A DNA stretch of 64,000 nucleotides from Folioceros fuciformis. Lineage: Eukaryota. The stretch's first letter is position 1. Each line of letters opens with the position of its first letter. The position numbers were made by a program, and so were the translations under genes. This document shows positions 38,201 through 50,612 of this stretch, one piece after another. The stretch is from contig JBNGIO010006320.1 of assembly GCA_049999805.1 (NCBI GenBank), forward strand, positions 68,842 through 132,841, given 5' to 3'. The notes under the pieces were generated by a model. It saw only the letters and a list, made by a program, of their open reading frames with translations, was not told where the DNA came from and did not search any database.

Positions 38201-38329
38201 GTTCCTGTTAACTTTAGGACTTAGTTAAGCTTCACCCCTTAAGTATAAGGGGTGAAGTTTAGCTCCCTTTGATTTCAAAAACCGTGGCATGCATACATGT
38301 CATGGTTTTTGTCAAAGGTCCGCCTTGAT

Positions 38330-38700
38330 TGATTGTGGCCTCTAAGTATGGAGTTGGTGACAACACAAGTGTGGAGTATCTAAAGCTCATTGTTTCGATC
38401 TTAAGCAATACTACAAAATTATATTCTACATTTGTGGCTATTCCATCAGCCTAATGGCAGATTGTGATATCATAAGCTTTTGAGGACTGGACCTTATTGC
38501 CCAACATTGTTGGTGTTATAGATGGATTTGTCGTCAAGTTTGCAAGTAAGCCACTTAAGCAGTACACTTCGGCAACACTTTGTTAGCCTATCACTGCAAG
38601 TTGTACAACATGCATTATATGGTGCTTCAAGTTGTACGTAATAATTGAAAGATGTTCATGGTCATGTGTGCAAACAGCTAACGAGGTTCAAATGATGTCT
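38330..38700 (+). mobile_element. Degenerate PIF/Harbinger transposase fragment
   Basis: LPNIVGVIDGFVV resembles the Harbinger (F)PNCIGAIDGTHI motif and is followed by VLQVV...GSND, with stop codons. Confidence 0.6.
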
Positions 38701-39324
38701 TCTTCTTAAGATTGATTATTCAAGCTAAGATAGTACCTCTTTCTTTATACATAATTTGTGATTTTACATATTCTCATGAAGAGCTTTAAGACACCTACAT
38801 ATGGGATTCAATTTATGGTTCTCTTCTGGAAGAGTGATGATTGAGAATGCATAGGTGGAGCATCCTTAAAAACCTTAAAGTCCACGTGCAATATGTCGTG
38901 AAGACAGCTGCCTATTTTGTGTAGCATAATTTTTTTTATTTGGTTGAAAAATTAGATCTCTCACAATAATATTTAAATAACTTTCCCTTACCACATAACA
39001 AACTAGTAACCTTGACAAATGCAGATGAGGATGCCTTAAAGACCTTAGCAAACATTCAATACCAAGCTCTTCTTTAACTTTGGCACAAACCAAGACAAAA
39101 TAAAAGACGAAATCTCATTGACATCTTTTGATCCAAACTCTAACATCCCTTGGAGTGCGACACAAACATTGTACAGATAGAAAAAGAATGTCTCCTTGTA
39201 GTACTTGATGAGTTCTACAAGATGGTGCAACGAATTTGATAGAAAGATGCATAATATAGGAATGAATTCTAATGATAGTTTGCCAACTCTTTTTGAAATC
39301 AGACTTCTATTCAAAACTTCTTCT

Positions 39325-41690
39325 TTTTTTGTGAAGAAAATAATTCTAATTAATATGATCATCCTCTTACAATACTAAGGGGACCCTCCTCACGTATTTA
39401 CAAAGCATGAGTACCATAATTAGGGGGAAAAACCGACCTCGTGCACAGACCACAGGACAGGACGCAGAAAACGCTCCTCATCACCCTGACCCTAGGAGAC
39501 TGCTAAGACCATTCACCTACTAAATCCATTTAGATTTAAACCCCAAATTCACCCGAAGACCATGGGAGCTCACCTTCCCCAAGGGCAGGCGTGATTCTAA
39601 CGTTCTTCATTCCCAGGAACTAGGAAGCCCGCTGACTTCCACTCTCTCCGCTTGAATCGTTTCCAATGGGACTGCCTCAGACTTTCTGCTGCAATCAATA
39701 AGTGCTATCAAATGCGCCATAGCAGAGCCTTAGATGAGGCTGACACCAAACCTCCATAGACCGTGGAGGACTAGTTGACCCAAAGGTGGAAAAGACAAGA
39801 AGACCATAGTAAACTCCACCATAGCGACGGAAGTAGAGCTTTGCCCGAGGTTGCATCCAACCTAAATAGGGCAGTTTATTTCGTGATCCTGAGGTTGGTA
39901 CCAGGAAGAATTCTTTGCAACCACCTACCCACCTCACTCCATATCTCCTAGGCAAAGCTGCAGGGGAAGAACATGTGCTGACTTTTGTTTGGAGCACCAT
40001 AGGAGCACAGTAGACATTGGTCTTCTCCTGTTGCAACCAACAACCCATCCCATCTATTCGCATTAGGCAAACAAGCTTGAAAAAAGTACCAAACCGTCGT
40101 CCTAACCTTGGGGGGAATGCCATCTGACTTTCAAAGTAGCTTGATAGCTTCCCTTTGTCGCCGCATAGACAACTATAACCGGGGAGCCATTGGTTGTCGT
40201 TGCCTGATTTTCTGCGCTCATACCATCCAGAGGAATATGTCAGCCTTTGGGAAGTTGAAGAACAACCGAAGGTGGTCCGCCTTGCACCCTAGGCGCCTGG
40301 GCCATTTATATAGATTTGGTTCTTAAGACCAAATCCCAATTTTCCGCAAACCAGAACCAGCATCGGACAACTGGTTTGTCCGAGGTTAGCTGTCCACTAG
40401 GGCCTTCGGGTTGAGTGAACCACCGCTCTGCACGGCCATACTTAGAGAGGACCGTGATGGCCCGTAGTTCCCCGCTTCGAACACCACCATCGTCCTTGCC
40501 CTGACTTTCCAAAAGCCCCTTAGGCGACATGACCTTCAATGTCTGCAAGGTTTCTTTGTCAACCATACTTGAAAGCCAAACAGCCCTATCCAATTCTAGG
40601 TCTTCCTCCTGTTCATCCTCCTCAGAATCGACATCCTTACTATCCATGGAGTATGTATACCACCCCTCAGTGCCTAGGGCAGGTTGTTGCCTTAAAACCT
40701 GTTGGACCTTATCCTCTAGTTCCTCTTGCAGCCATGAATTAATGAGCCAAACCTGTCTAGCCACTAAGCCAAATTCTTCTTTGACCTCCTCCACCTCTTT
40801 TCAACGGGCCTTTGATCTATTCCGTAAGTGACCAAGTTGGATAACTCCTTTCCGACACGCCAAACTGAAGATTTGTGACCGATACACCCTGGCCCTAAAC
40901 TCTTGAGCCCACAGTCTCGAGAATCCTTTCAAAGGCGCTCCTAGAACATCATCAACATGCATGGGGTTACCTAGGATAATGTACTGCTTAACCTCTAAGT
41001 AGCTGCTCCAGATTGACTTGAAGAGTGGGGAGTACTCTGCATTATCAAGTAAAGGCTTGTCGGTAAGAATGTTGTCAATAGATCTCCTTCCCCGAGGGAC
41101 AGCTTGAGTACACTCCAGATGTTGTGTTAGCAGACTCTTCCAAGGGTAGTAGGCAGGATCCGCCGCCCTAACAACCCACTGAGCATGCAAGACTTTCATC
41201 TTGGCAACCGGGTCAACCACCCCTAGGCCCCCCAACCATCGTGCCTGAATAATGTGATGCCAAGCCACCATAGAGCACCCAACCGAGTTATCCCCTTGCC
41301 AAGCCACCTTAGAGCACCCAACCGAGTTATCCCCTTGCCAAGCCACCATAGAGCACCCAACCGAGTTATCCCCTTGCCAAGCCACCTTAGAGCACCCAAC
41401 CGAGTTATCCCCCTGCCAAGCCACCTTAGAGCACCCAACCGAGTTATCCCCCTGCCAAGCCACCTTAGAGCACCNNNNNNNNNNNNNNNNNNNNNNNNNN
41501 NNNNNNNNNNNNNNNNNNNNNNNNNNNNNNNNNNNNNNNNNNNNNNNNNNNNNNNNNNNNNNNNNNNNNNNNNNAGAGCACCCAACCGAGTTATCCCCCT
41601 GCCAAGCCACCTTAGAGCACCTAACTGAGTTATCCCCCACACGTTTCCACAGGAATGAGGTCAACACCTGTTGCAACCATTTCACCTCGT
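39325..41690 (-). mobile_element. 5'-truncated, degenerate L1-type LINE (ORF2 C-terminal part)
   Basis: FLWK...KVAWHHIIQARWLGGLGVVD...LHAQWVVR matches the L1 post-RT motif. An A-rich tail lies near 39325 on the minus strand, and the frame is broken. Confidence 0.8.
41258..41637. repeat. 39-bp tandem amplification inside the LINE ORF (13-aa unit CSKVAWQGDNSVG)
   Basis: At least 6 copies flank an N-gap. Confidence 0.92.
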
Positions 41691-42560
41691 TTCAAAACTT
41701 TAGTGCTTCAAGGTATCTCATGTACGAAATTCCTAGCAAAGTAGGTAATTCCTAGAACCACGTGACAACCCTTGAGAAGCCCTTCAAGATGGTTGCAAAA
41801 TGATACCATAATTATGTACAGAACTGGACTAAATGCCCTTGCAAATTTGCCATCAATAATACAATCACTTTTCAAATAAGATAAAAACACTTTTCATCCT
41901 TGTATAGCTTGACGAGCTCTATATGATAGTCTGAGAATAGGCTATAATGATAAACAGACATGGATTGAATAGCAATATCGGAAAACAAATACTAAATCTA
42001 GACTTACTCATCTTCATGATCTCTTCTAGGCTTGAACTAAGAGCTTTGCCATCTTGTTTTTGTAGAGACTTTTCATTATAGGGTAATGGAGGAGGATTAA
42101 GGGTGATGTGTTCATTACTCTAAACTGTAGGGTGATAAGTGACAACTATGTTTGCAAAGGGGTGACTCTTCACAAAGGCAATATCATTTTTTTCATGACA
42201 TCATTTTTTTCTACATGTCAGATAATTCTACTTGAATATCCCAGGGCATCATTTTTTTCCTAGATGTCAAATAATTCTACTTGAATACACAGGAACATAC
42301 CAATGGGAGGTCAGTTACATGTAAAAATTACTCATGACACGGTGAGACATCTACAAACTAGCAAAACACACCACCACTGTAAACTCAAAAATCCACATAG
42401 GTCCCGTTGTTTTCATTGCGAGCTTGAAGTTATGGCAAACCCCTAGCCAAAACCTAGCTCTGCGAGTCAGATTACTTTACACTACACTACCAATTACTTT
42501 AGACGATGTTAAAGAAATTTGTTGACGTGCGAACGACGTGGGAGCTCTAGGTTTGCTAAG

Positions 42561-45027
42561 TTAACTGGACCCTCTGGATTTGAGACTTATGTTGGAGCCT
42601 GAGATGACAGAAGCACCTGGCGACGGGTTGGTTCCTGTTCCGCCTATGTGCCCTATCACCCAGAAGAGAGCCCATTTGAGGTTGCATAACGTGAATTTAA
42701 GAGCCTTGGTCCACTTGTCTTGGCGGTTGAAGCTCTGGGTAATTGTTAAACCTTCTACTTTGTCATCCTCGATTCTGAAATATGGCAAGGGCACGTCACT
42801 ACTCACTTCAAGACGGGAAAAACCAAATCAAACAACCCACCTCTCTTATGCTGTGCTCAGGGCGTGAACGATTTTGCGGGCCGGGCACTCGCAAAACAGT
42901 CAGGAACGTACGGAAGCTTGAAGGGTTCACTACTTACTTGTAAGGCAGCTTAAACCATTTGTCTTCGGGCATATTCCTTTTCTTGTCTGCGGCCCTCGCA
43001 AATTCAGCAAACTCTTTGAGACAAGCGATGAACAAAGTCATTGCTCTGTCGTAGCGAGTACTCCAAAACAAGTTCACGGGACCAAATCTGTATGCACGGA
43101 AATAGGACAGATATGATGCACATGATCGAATACTGCAACCAAATCAGATTCGAACGCAGCGTTACTTACAGCTCATAAGTTTGTTGGCTGTCTGATATGC
43201 GCGGGTAGCTACCCAGCGGCATGATTCTGTACCTGTCGTTCCAGTCAAGTATCTAAGTAGTGCTACTAATGGATGAAACACACAGGCAACAATTTGGAAG
43301 TTCTAAGGCACAGGCGTATAAAAGAAGGCTTACTTCAAAGTCACTTTACAAAACTGGGACATCGTGGACAACAGTAAACAAGCCTGTCCCCAGGCAGCGT
43401 TGATCTCATCCCATTCTACCTACAGACGATAGCAGACACCGAAGATAAATCATGTTAGACCAAGGTCCTGACTTGTCGCAATCAGGAAGCAAACTCAACA
43501 AGCCAAGGAGGGCGACTCACAGGAATATTAGGCAGACGCCCGAGTCGGAAATTGTTGATTGTGCCGAACTCCCCATCATGCCATATGAAGAATGCATCAT
43601 TTAGGACATTGGTGCGCTTCAGCATCTCCAGCTGTGCTTGAGCAACCTCGATCTTTGCCAATACAGAATCCCTGTTATTCTGAAACCAGGAACACATGCG
43701 GATACGGTACATTGGCCATCGAGTGACAAGAAACTATGACAACCAACAACCAGAAAGGATCCAGGAATGTGAAGTAAACCTGATGGGCTGCGAGCTGAAA
43801 CCTATACTCGTTGACATCATGCCAATAGCTGCAATTCACGAAGAATAACGTGAGCGAAACGTGAGCTGAACACAAATGAGTAACACATCACTACCACCAT
43901 AAATTACCTTCTCTCCAAGTCCTCAAACTCCTTAGCTTTCTTCTCAATCTCATGCAACCGAACCCTTACCCCGTCCGTTTCTGACTCAACTGTCCTTATT
44001 TGAGCTTCTAGCTTTTGTTCTTCATCCTCGATCTAACCAACGGGTCCAGCACAGACGTTTAGGGTACCACACCACCATCAGATGCACTACAACATAACAA
44101 TGAGAAAGGCCAAATGCTCTCACCTGCTGCTTATCCCGTGCAAACTCTTCTTCAGTAAGAGCCTGACATTGCTCCTTCTTGAGACGCACAAGGGCCTCCT
44201 CGTAAGCCTTGATCTCTCTCTTAGCCTCGGCCACTTGCTGATCAAGCTCCAGGGATAACAGTCTCATGCACTCAACGCAGAGAGGATGCTCAACCTTCAA
44301 AAACGAACGAAGTCCCCCGGCACGTTAGCGTCACATCCACACAACACAATTCCCGCACACAAGACAAAAAGACCAACACACATTACAAGACCCGTACTGC
44401 CATGACGCTGCCCTAACCTGTGACTCTGCTGCCGCGATGTCGAATACTCGGTTCAAAACATTCACACTAGCATTGAAGCTGGCATTATTAGTATGCTGTA
44501 TGCCTCCACCGGCCCCAGCATGGTGCCCCGCGTCAGAAGCAGCCTCAACTCCGTACATGGAAGCAGCTGCCGAGGGCAACACCACAAATGACCCCTCCAT
44601 AGCTCTGCCAGCCGGGCTGTCCCTATCACCTCCAGCAGCTGCGGGCTGCACAGGCTGCGTCCCGGCACCGGCCCCAGGCCCCGCCCCAGCCCCGGGGTAA
44701 GGAATTCCGCTTCCCCGAGGCCGAGGAGGAGGAAACCCTCCGCCACCCCTCCCCTGTTTCGGCAACACAACGAACGACTGATCCATCCGACTCCCAGCGA
44801 ACACGCTTCCACCGCCATGGACAGAAGCTTGAGCACCTGCAACCCGAATCCACGGCATCAGCACGGCACCTCACAAACCCAGTCCAAACCACAACAAACT
44901 CTCACCCCTGCTTGCCTGCTCGGGACGCCTCCCCAGCCCGCTCCGCAAACAGATCCGCGCCCACCACACCAAAGGGATGGCGGCATTTCTGGCAAAGCCA
45001 TCTGGGCACAGCTTGATCCAACCCCAT
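42561..45027 (-). CDS. ATG6: Beclin-1/ATG6 (VPS30), multi-exon
   Basis: [76 protein letters not shown] and [14 protein letters not shown]. Confidence 0.96.
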
Positions 45028-45644
45028 CACCTAAACACCACACCAAACCACAACCCCTGTCCATCACGACGTCCTCAATTGCTCAAACCACGGAATTACC
45101 ACAGCCCGGACTGCCGGACGCAAAAGTCCCGGCTCATTCACAGACGGAAGGCCAGGGTGGCAGGATAGCTCCACCCGGATTTCACAGGCAGTTTAAACCA
45201 GGTTCCCACTTTGTTTTCATCATACCTTCGTCCCCCGTTGTCCTGCCATCTTCCTTCGTTGCCCTAATTTTGCAGGATCCTACCGCCAGCTCCAGAGCCG
45301 CTAGCTGCGTGATTTGGGTGCATCGGCTCCCTGTGGTCGCAAGGATGATCGAAGAGAGGGAACGACTGGAATCATTAGCTTGATTGTGGAGGTCATGTTT
45401 TCAATCACGGCAGGTTATGTTGCCTTTTCCACCGTTGCCGTGCCCCCCACAAGATTAGTGTTCGCGGAGCTGCTATCTTCGTTGTACCAGGAGGAAACAC
45501 CAACATGAGCAGATAGGTAGTGCTATGTAGACGAATTTTAAGGTGATTTAAGGATGGATTTCCTGTATGAGACTGAAAGGTGATTATAAAAATTAGCGTA
45601 AGATGGTCTAAATAAATGTGAAACTGATACTTAATGAAGTCTGC

Positions 45645-47153
45645 ATGGAAAGGAAGGTGACCGAGGAGCCGTGCGAGACAGTCGGTTCCTTCCTCCACTG
45701 GAAGCTTACAGGGATGGCGGGAGGGAAGGGCAAATTGGCCCTGGCGGAGCTGCAGAAGACGGTGGTGGTGGAGGACATGCTGGCAGTTCCAAGCGAGGGG
45801 GCCATGCGGGAGTACTACGGGAATGTTGGAGCTGCAGGCGTGGGTGAAGGGTTGGAGGTGCGCTACATCGGTCGTGGAATGGGGAAAGGGGTTTTTGCAG
45901 GCCGGGATTTTGGAGAGGACGAAGTTGTGCTGAAGGAGCCCCAGCTGGTGGGAGCGCAGAGCACGCGGAGCAAGATGCACAGCCTGAACTGCAGCTTCTG
46001 CTTCCGGTACATTGGCAGTTTGGAGCTGCAAGTGGGCAGGCGGCTGAAGCTCATCGCAGAGGGTGGGGAGGATGCCCACCGGCATGACGGTGACGATGGG
46101 TACGGATCGGACAGGAGCATGGGAGAGCACGCGCTTGGGGAAGAGTATGACCTTGGTTTTGTGGAGGTGGGAGAGGAGGCAGCAAGGAAGTTGAGAGAGC
46201 GAGAGAGTTTGGCGGAGGGGCTGTTGAATGGCGCCATTCAGCTGCCCTACAGCAGTCTGTTCCCCCTGCCTCCCGTGGAGAAGTGCAGTGGTGGATGTGG
46301 TGAGGAGTATTACTGCAGCTTGTCCTGCGCGGAGGGTGCGTGGGAAGGGTACCACTCGCTGCTCTGCACGGGTCCCGGGTCCTTCTGTCGGGACAGGAAA
46401 GCGCTGGCGTGGTTTCAACAGCACGCAGACACCACTAACGATGCTTTCCGCATTGCTGCCCAGGTTATTGCCAAGACCATGCTCAGGTTTCGAAGGATCA
46501 AGCAGGTGAATAGGGACATGACCGATGAAGCTGCGCTGCTGGAAGCCTGGAAGCCGTTTGCCATGGGGTGGAAAGGCCTGATGTGGGAGACCGTGGCACG
46601 GCCAGAAGATGTGGATTCTGATGACGAAACGGAGTTCAGAGACAGCATCAAGACCATGGCAGCTGATTCCTTGCACCTTCTCACGCAAGCCATCTTCTCT
46701 CCAGAGTTCGAACCTTTGTTTACCTTGGAGGTTTATGGGAACATCATGGGCATGTTCGAGCTCAACAATCTCGAGATTGTAGTTTCGAATCCGCTGGAAG
46801 ACTACTTCATCCACATCGACGAGCTGCCTCAGCGAGAGAAGGAACAAGCGGAGAAGCTAACTCGGCCACTTCTGGAAGCGTTCGGGGACGACTACGGTGT
46901 ATACTGCGAGGGCTCGGGCTTCTTTCGGCTGCAGAGTTGCATGAACCACTCCTGCGATCCGAACGCAAGGGCATTCAAGAGGAGTGAGGACATTGATGGG
47001 CAAGCTGTTTTGTTAGCCAACAGGGTCATAACCAAGGGGGAGCAGATCACCATCTCTTACGTGGACGTCAACCTGCCATTTGAAGATAGAAAGCAAGCTC
47101 TGGCAGACTACGGTTTCGAATGTCACTGCGAGATTTGCGCAGCGCGTGAATGA
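45645..47153 (+). CDS. ATXR2: SET/MYND-type histone-lysine methyltransferase, ATXR2/SDG36-like, intronless
   Basis: GKGVFA, CSFCFRYIG, CSGGCGEEYYCS, GMFELNNL, LQSCMNHSCDPN and YGFECHCEIC in one uninterrupted ORF. The start could alternatively be the ATG at 45714. Confidence 0.92.
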   Translation: MERKVTEEPCETVGSFLHWKLTGMAGGKGKLALAELQKTVVVEDMLAVPSEGAMREYYGNVGAAGVGEGLEVRYIGRGMGKGVFAGRDFGEDEVVLKEPQLVGAQSTRSKMHSLNCSFCFRYIGSLELQVGRRLKLIAEGGEDAHRHDGDDGYGSDRSMGEHALGEEYDLGFVEVGEEAARKLRERESLAEGLLNGAIQLPYSSLFPLPPVEKCSGGCGEEYYCSLSCAEGAWEGYHSLLCTGPGSFCRDRKALAWFQQHADTTNDAFRIAAQVIAKTMLRFRRIKQVNRDMTDEAALLEAWKPFAMGWKGLMWETVARPEDVDSDDETEFRDSIKTMAADSLHLLTQAIFSPEFEPLFTLEVYGNIMGMFELNNLEIVVSNPLEDYFIHIDELPQREKEQAEKLTRPLLEAFGDDYGVYCEGSGFFRLQSCMNHSCDPNARAFKRSEDIDGQAVLLANRVITKGEQITISYVDVNLPFEDRKQALADYGFECHCEICAARE

Positions 47154-47234
47154 GCTCCATGGACAAGACCCGTGGTGCAGAATCCATCACCAAGCAAGCA
47201 AGAACCGTACATTATAATACAAAATCACAATTCG

Positions 47235-48071
47235 CTATTGGCTTCCTGACAGCGGAGAGTAACTTTCATCACCAGCCCTGTTCCCTGTCTGGGTAGCCGG
47301 GGAAGGGGAGCGGGTTTGAGTTCTTGCGAGTTTGGGGCAGTTGTCACTCTTGGGTTGGGCTATAGGGCAAAACTGAGAGTAGCAGGGCTGCTGGAGAGCC
47401 TTGTCCTCCTCCAGGGGCGGAGGCTGCTGCCCGAAGATCATCTCACAGCTCATGTCCTCGTAGTTGGGATTCATTGTGAGCGGGAGGCCGAAGTCGTTGG
47501 TGAAGAAATCCTGGGTTGGAATTTTGCACATGTTGACGCACATTCCGACGCAGCCACTCACCTCCAGGTACCGGCACTTCTTGATCTTCACCCCGCTCAT
47601 CTGCTTCTCCCCGTTCACCTCCACCTCCACGCGCTCCGCTGGCCCCACCAGCCACTGGAAGAAGGGCACGGTGATGGCAGCGTTGAGCTCACACGAGAAC
47701 TTGGTAGGCGGGAAGAGCTTCTTGAACTGCTCCGGGGCCCCTGGGGGGAGCGTGGACAGGAGCACCTCCCGCACGGCGGCCTGCTGCTCCTTGGCATTCC
47801 GGCCCTGCATCACCCCCCGGGAAACGTCCACGAAGCCGTCGTAGCCCGGAATGTCGGAGGTGTTGCCCGTCAGGTTCTCCATCTTGCGTTGGAACAGGCC
47901 CATGAAAGCCTTGTCGAAGAGCGAGTCCTTGTACTTGGTCTTCTCCCCGAACGGGGCCGGCTGTCCTGATGGTTCCGCGATCCCGCATCTCACATGCACA
48001 AGCGACGGGTGCCTGGGAGCGGATTGCGGAGTCGGGCGGATGGTGAAGCAAGCCCCAGAGTGGAGCCTCAT
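47235..48071 (-). CDS. Beta-carotene isomerase D27-like (DUF4033) plastid protein, intronless
   Basis: Transit peptide ending VRC|G, then FFQWLVGP, KCRYLEVSGCVGMCVNMCKIPTQDFF and MNPNYEDMSCEMIFG. Confidence 0.92.
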   Translation of the reverse strand: MRLHSGACFTIRPTPQSAPRHPSLVHVRCGIAEPSGQPAPFGEKTKYKDSLFDKAFMGLFQRKMENLTGNTSDIPGYDGFVDVSRGVMQGRNAKEQQAAVREVLLSTLPPGAPEQFKKLFPPTKFSCELNAAITVPFFQWLVGPAERVEVEVNGEKQMSGVKIKKCRYLEVSGCVGMCVNMCKIPTQDFFTNDFGLPLTMNPNYEDMSCEMIFGQQPPPLEEDKALQQPCYSQFCPIAQPKSDNCPKLARTQTRSPSPATQTGNRAGDESYSPLSGSQ

Positions 48072-50612
48072 CGTGCCTCAATCCTCCACAACCTCAGAGT
48101 GCGCTCAGTGACTGGGACTGACTGAAGCTACATCTGCTTGCAAATGGCATCCCCGAGTGCAAGGCGAGCACAGCACACCGTGTGTGAACCAGGTTATCGA
48201 CACTGCCTAAGAACCAAAGCATGTTAGTGGAGCGCTAGGATGAGCAGTGTGTGTCCGCCACACGCTCTGCTTCCGTGTGGCTGCCTAGGCGCCACACACA
48301 GAAGCAAGGAAGCTTAGGTGTTTGACACCCACAAAAAAAATAACAAAGTGGAAGGAAAAAACAACATCTGGACGTGAAAAGATCCGATGCTTCCTGGTTC
48401 CGAAGGGACTTCTCGAAGCCCGCCCTGCCAAGCATCGTATGTCAGCCCTCCTAGTTTCAAACGCCGTCACACAGAAGTCATTCGTTCAAGACAGGAGCAT
48501 GCGCGACGGGAGTCCTACACTCTGCACCGCGCTGTCATCACACAGCTCACGAAGATTTCTCGAGGCCTTCAGCTTGGACTCACAGCCCCCAAGGAAGACT
48601 ACTAGCGAAGACTGCTGCTGACTGCCCTCCTCGCATACCAGGTACGTCAAAGTCCAACTCAATTGTTCCGTGAGCCAACCTTCAAACAAGAGTGGGGAAG
48701 CCTCGAAGACGAGACGCTGCTGAATCTTTTTGCAACTTCGAACAGAGGTCCGATACAACGCACTACATTCTGCTTACATGCTATGTACATCTGCCTACAC
48801 CCAGCTGGTCATCCTGTTCCAGAACGTGCTCGCCTGGTATTGTGACAGCAACGTTGCAGGAAACAGCTAGGGCCAATAGCTTCTCACTTATTTCTGATCT
48901 GGGCAGTGGTGCTGGGGCAGGATCAGTATTTCGCGATCACCACCAATGTTGCGGGCCTGACTGCAGCCCATCTTGCCAGGGTCACAAGGTGGCTTCATCC
49001 TGCGGGTGCCATCATCTTAGCCCGTGGTACATTTCAGGCGTCGAAGGCCTTACATGCTTCACGGATATCCGTGCCCGGGAGCCACTCTCAGGCACATAAC
49101 GCACACATCAAGTACCTACACAAGGTCAGCAACAACATGACACAAAATAGACTGTACAGCACGACGCCTGTCAAGATTTCCAAAGATTCAATCCAGGATT
49201 ATCCGCCTGTGAGGATACAGACTATAACATCCAGGTACCACACAATTGTACAAGATATCTAGAAAGCCAATATGGTCATGAAATCCAATGACACATTTTG
49301 CATCTATTTCACTTGGACAAGAATCCTGGTCTTGGTCTTCCTCAACCATGTTAATCCCTCCAGCATATTGAGACGCTGGACATTTCTCCACCAAGTGCAA
49401 TCTCGCCACTTCCAAGCAAACTTTCAGTTGCTCTTCGAACAAGAAAGGAAGTATAATATTTTCATCACCTTTCATGGAACCTCTTGCACCTGCATATGTG
49501 CTATATGTCAGACCAGTTGATCCCGTACTTTGTACCTCAACCCATCTCCCATGTCCTTCACTAAACATGAGAGTAGTCATATCCTCAGGTTGCACCACAG
49601 CATGAAGTGCTGTCTGCATTCTCAAAATCTCTTTTCCGTCATTTGAGTCTACATGTACTTCTTCAAAACATGTGAAGAAGAGACTAGGCTTGTACACAAC
49701 AGCTTCATTAAATCTAAGAACTAGAAATAATAATAGGATTGCACCTACTCTAACCATGTTGCTGTTCCAAATTGCTCTGCAACAAGACCATGTTTATCAA
49801 TATATGTGACAACCCAAATTGACCTATGACTCTGAGAATAGACAGCATATTTTGTGAGTATATATATTTTATTAGGTATGCGTACTCTTATGTCTCATTC
49901 TACTATTGTTCAACAACCATGTCTTCAATTAAATCTTTATACAGTAGTCAATCATGTTTCTTTAAGAATGCAATCGTTTTCATGTTTTGGAGAAATGTGA
50001 ATGTCTCTTGTGCCTTGGCCACTTGCTCACTCCATGAATGAGATTGAAGATAAGAGATGTTGAAGGAAAGTTTTGCATTCTTCAAGTAAGCAAACTCTTC
50101 AACATACTATTGTAAGGTAACCTCTTTTCGGAGCGTAAGGAGTTCACCAACAAACCAACTATTTAGACCTCTGTTAGTTATTAATTAATTAATTATAATA
50201 CGTGTGTAAGAGTTTTATAACTTTTTATTTAATTAATATTATAATAGTATGGAATAATACTCGAAAGAGGGACGCTGGGTGGGTCATGGCTCCCACGCTC
50301 CGGTGAGGGTCGTCGGCGCGCGTCCCGAGAGATCCAGGAGAGCAAAATTAGATCCAGCTGGGAAGCAATACGTTGTGGACTGCGAGAATGGCACTGAAAG
50401 GGGGACAAAACCCAGTTTCCACGGGCATACGACAACGGGTTGGGGCGAGGGAATTGGGTTTGCTATATTTGGTAACGCGGGTCGGGCAGAGGGGACAATC
50501 GCCCCGGGGCTGGGATCCCGCGAGCTGAAGCCATCCTCGAGACCTGGTGTCTGGTGCGACGAGGTAGGCGCATTGTGGATGTGGGATCGGTGCGAGCGGA
50601 AGCCTGGCACCG

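Noticed and set aside
14397-45027. ATG10 and ATG6 as an autophagy cluster
   Set aside because: They are about 27 kb apart with unrelated genes and TEs between them; chance is sufficient.
45405-46847. 480-aa antisense ORF
   Set aside because: Shadow of the ATXR2 coding strand with no recognisable motifs.
49188-49757. 189-aa ORF with hydrophobic N-terminus
   Set aside because: No recognisable domain or splice support; it lies in AT-richer intergenic DNA and may be degraded TE sequence.
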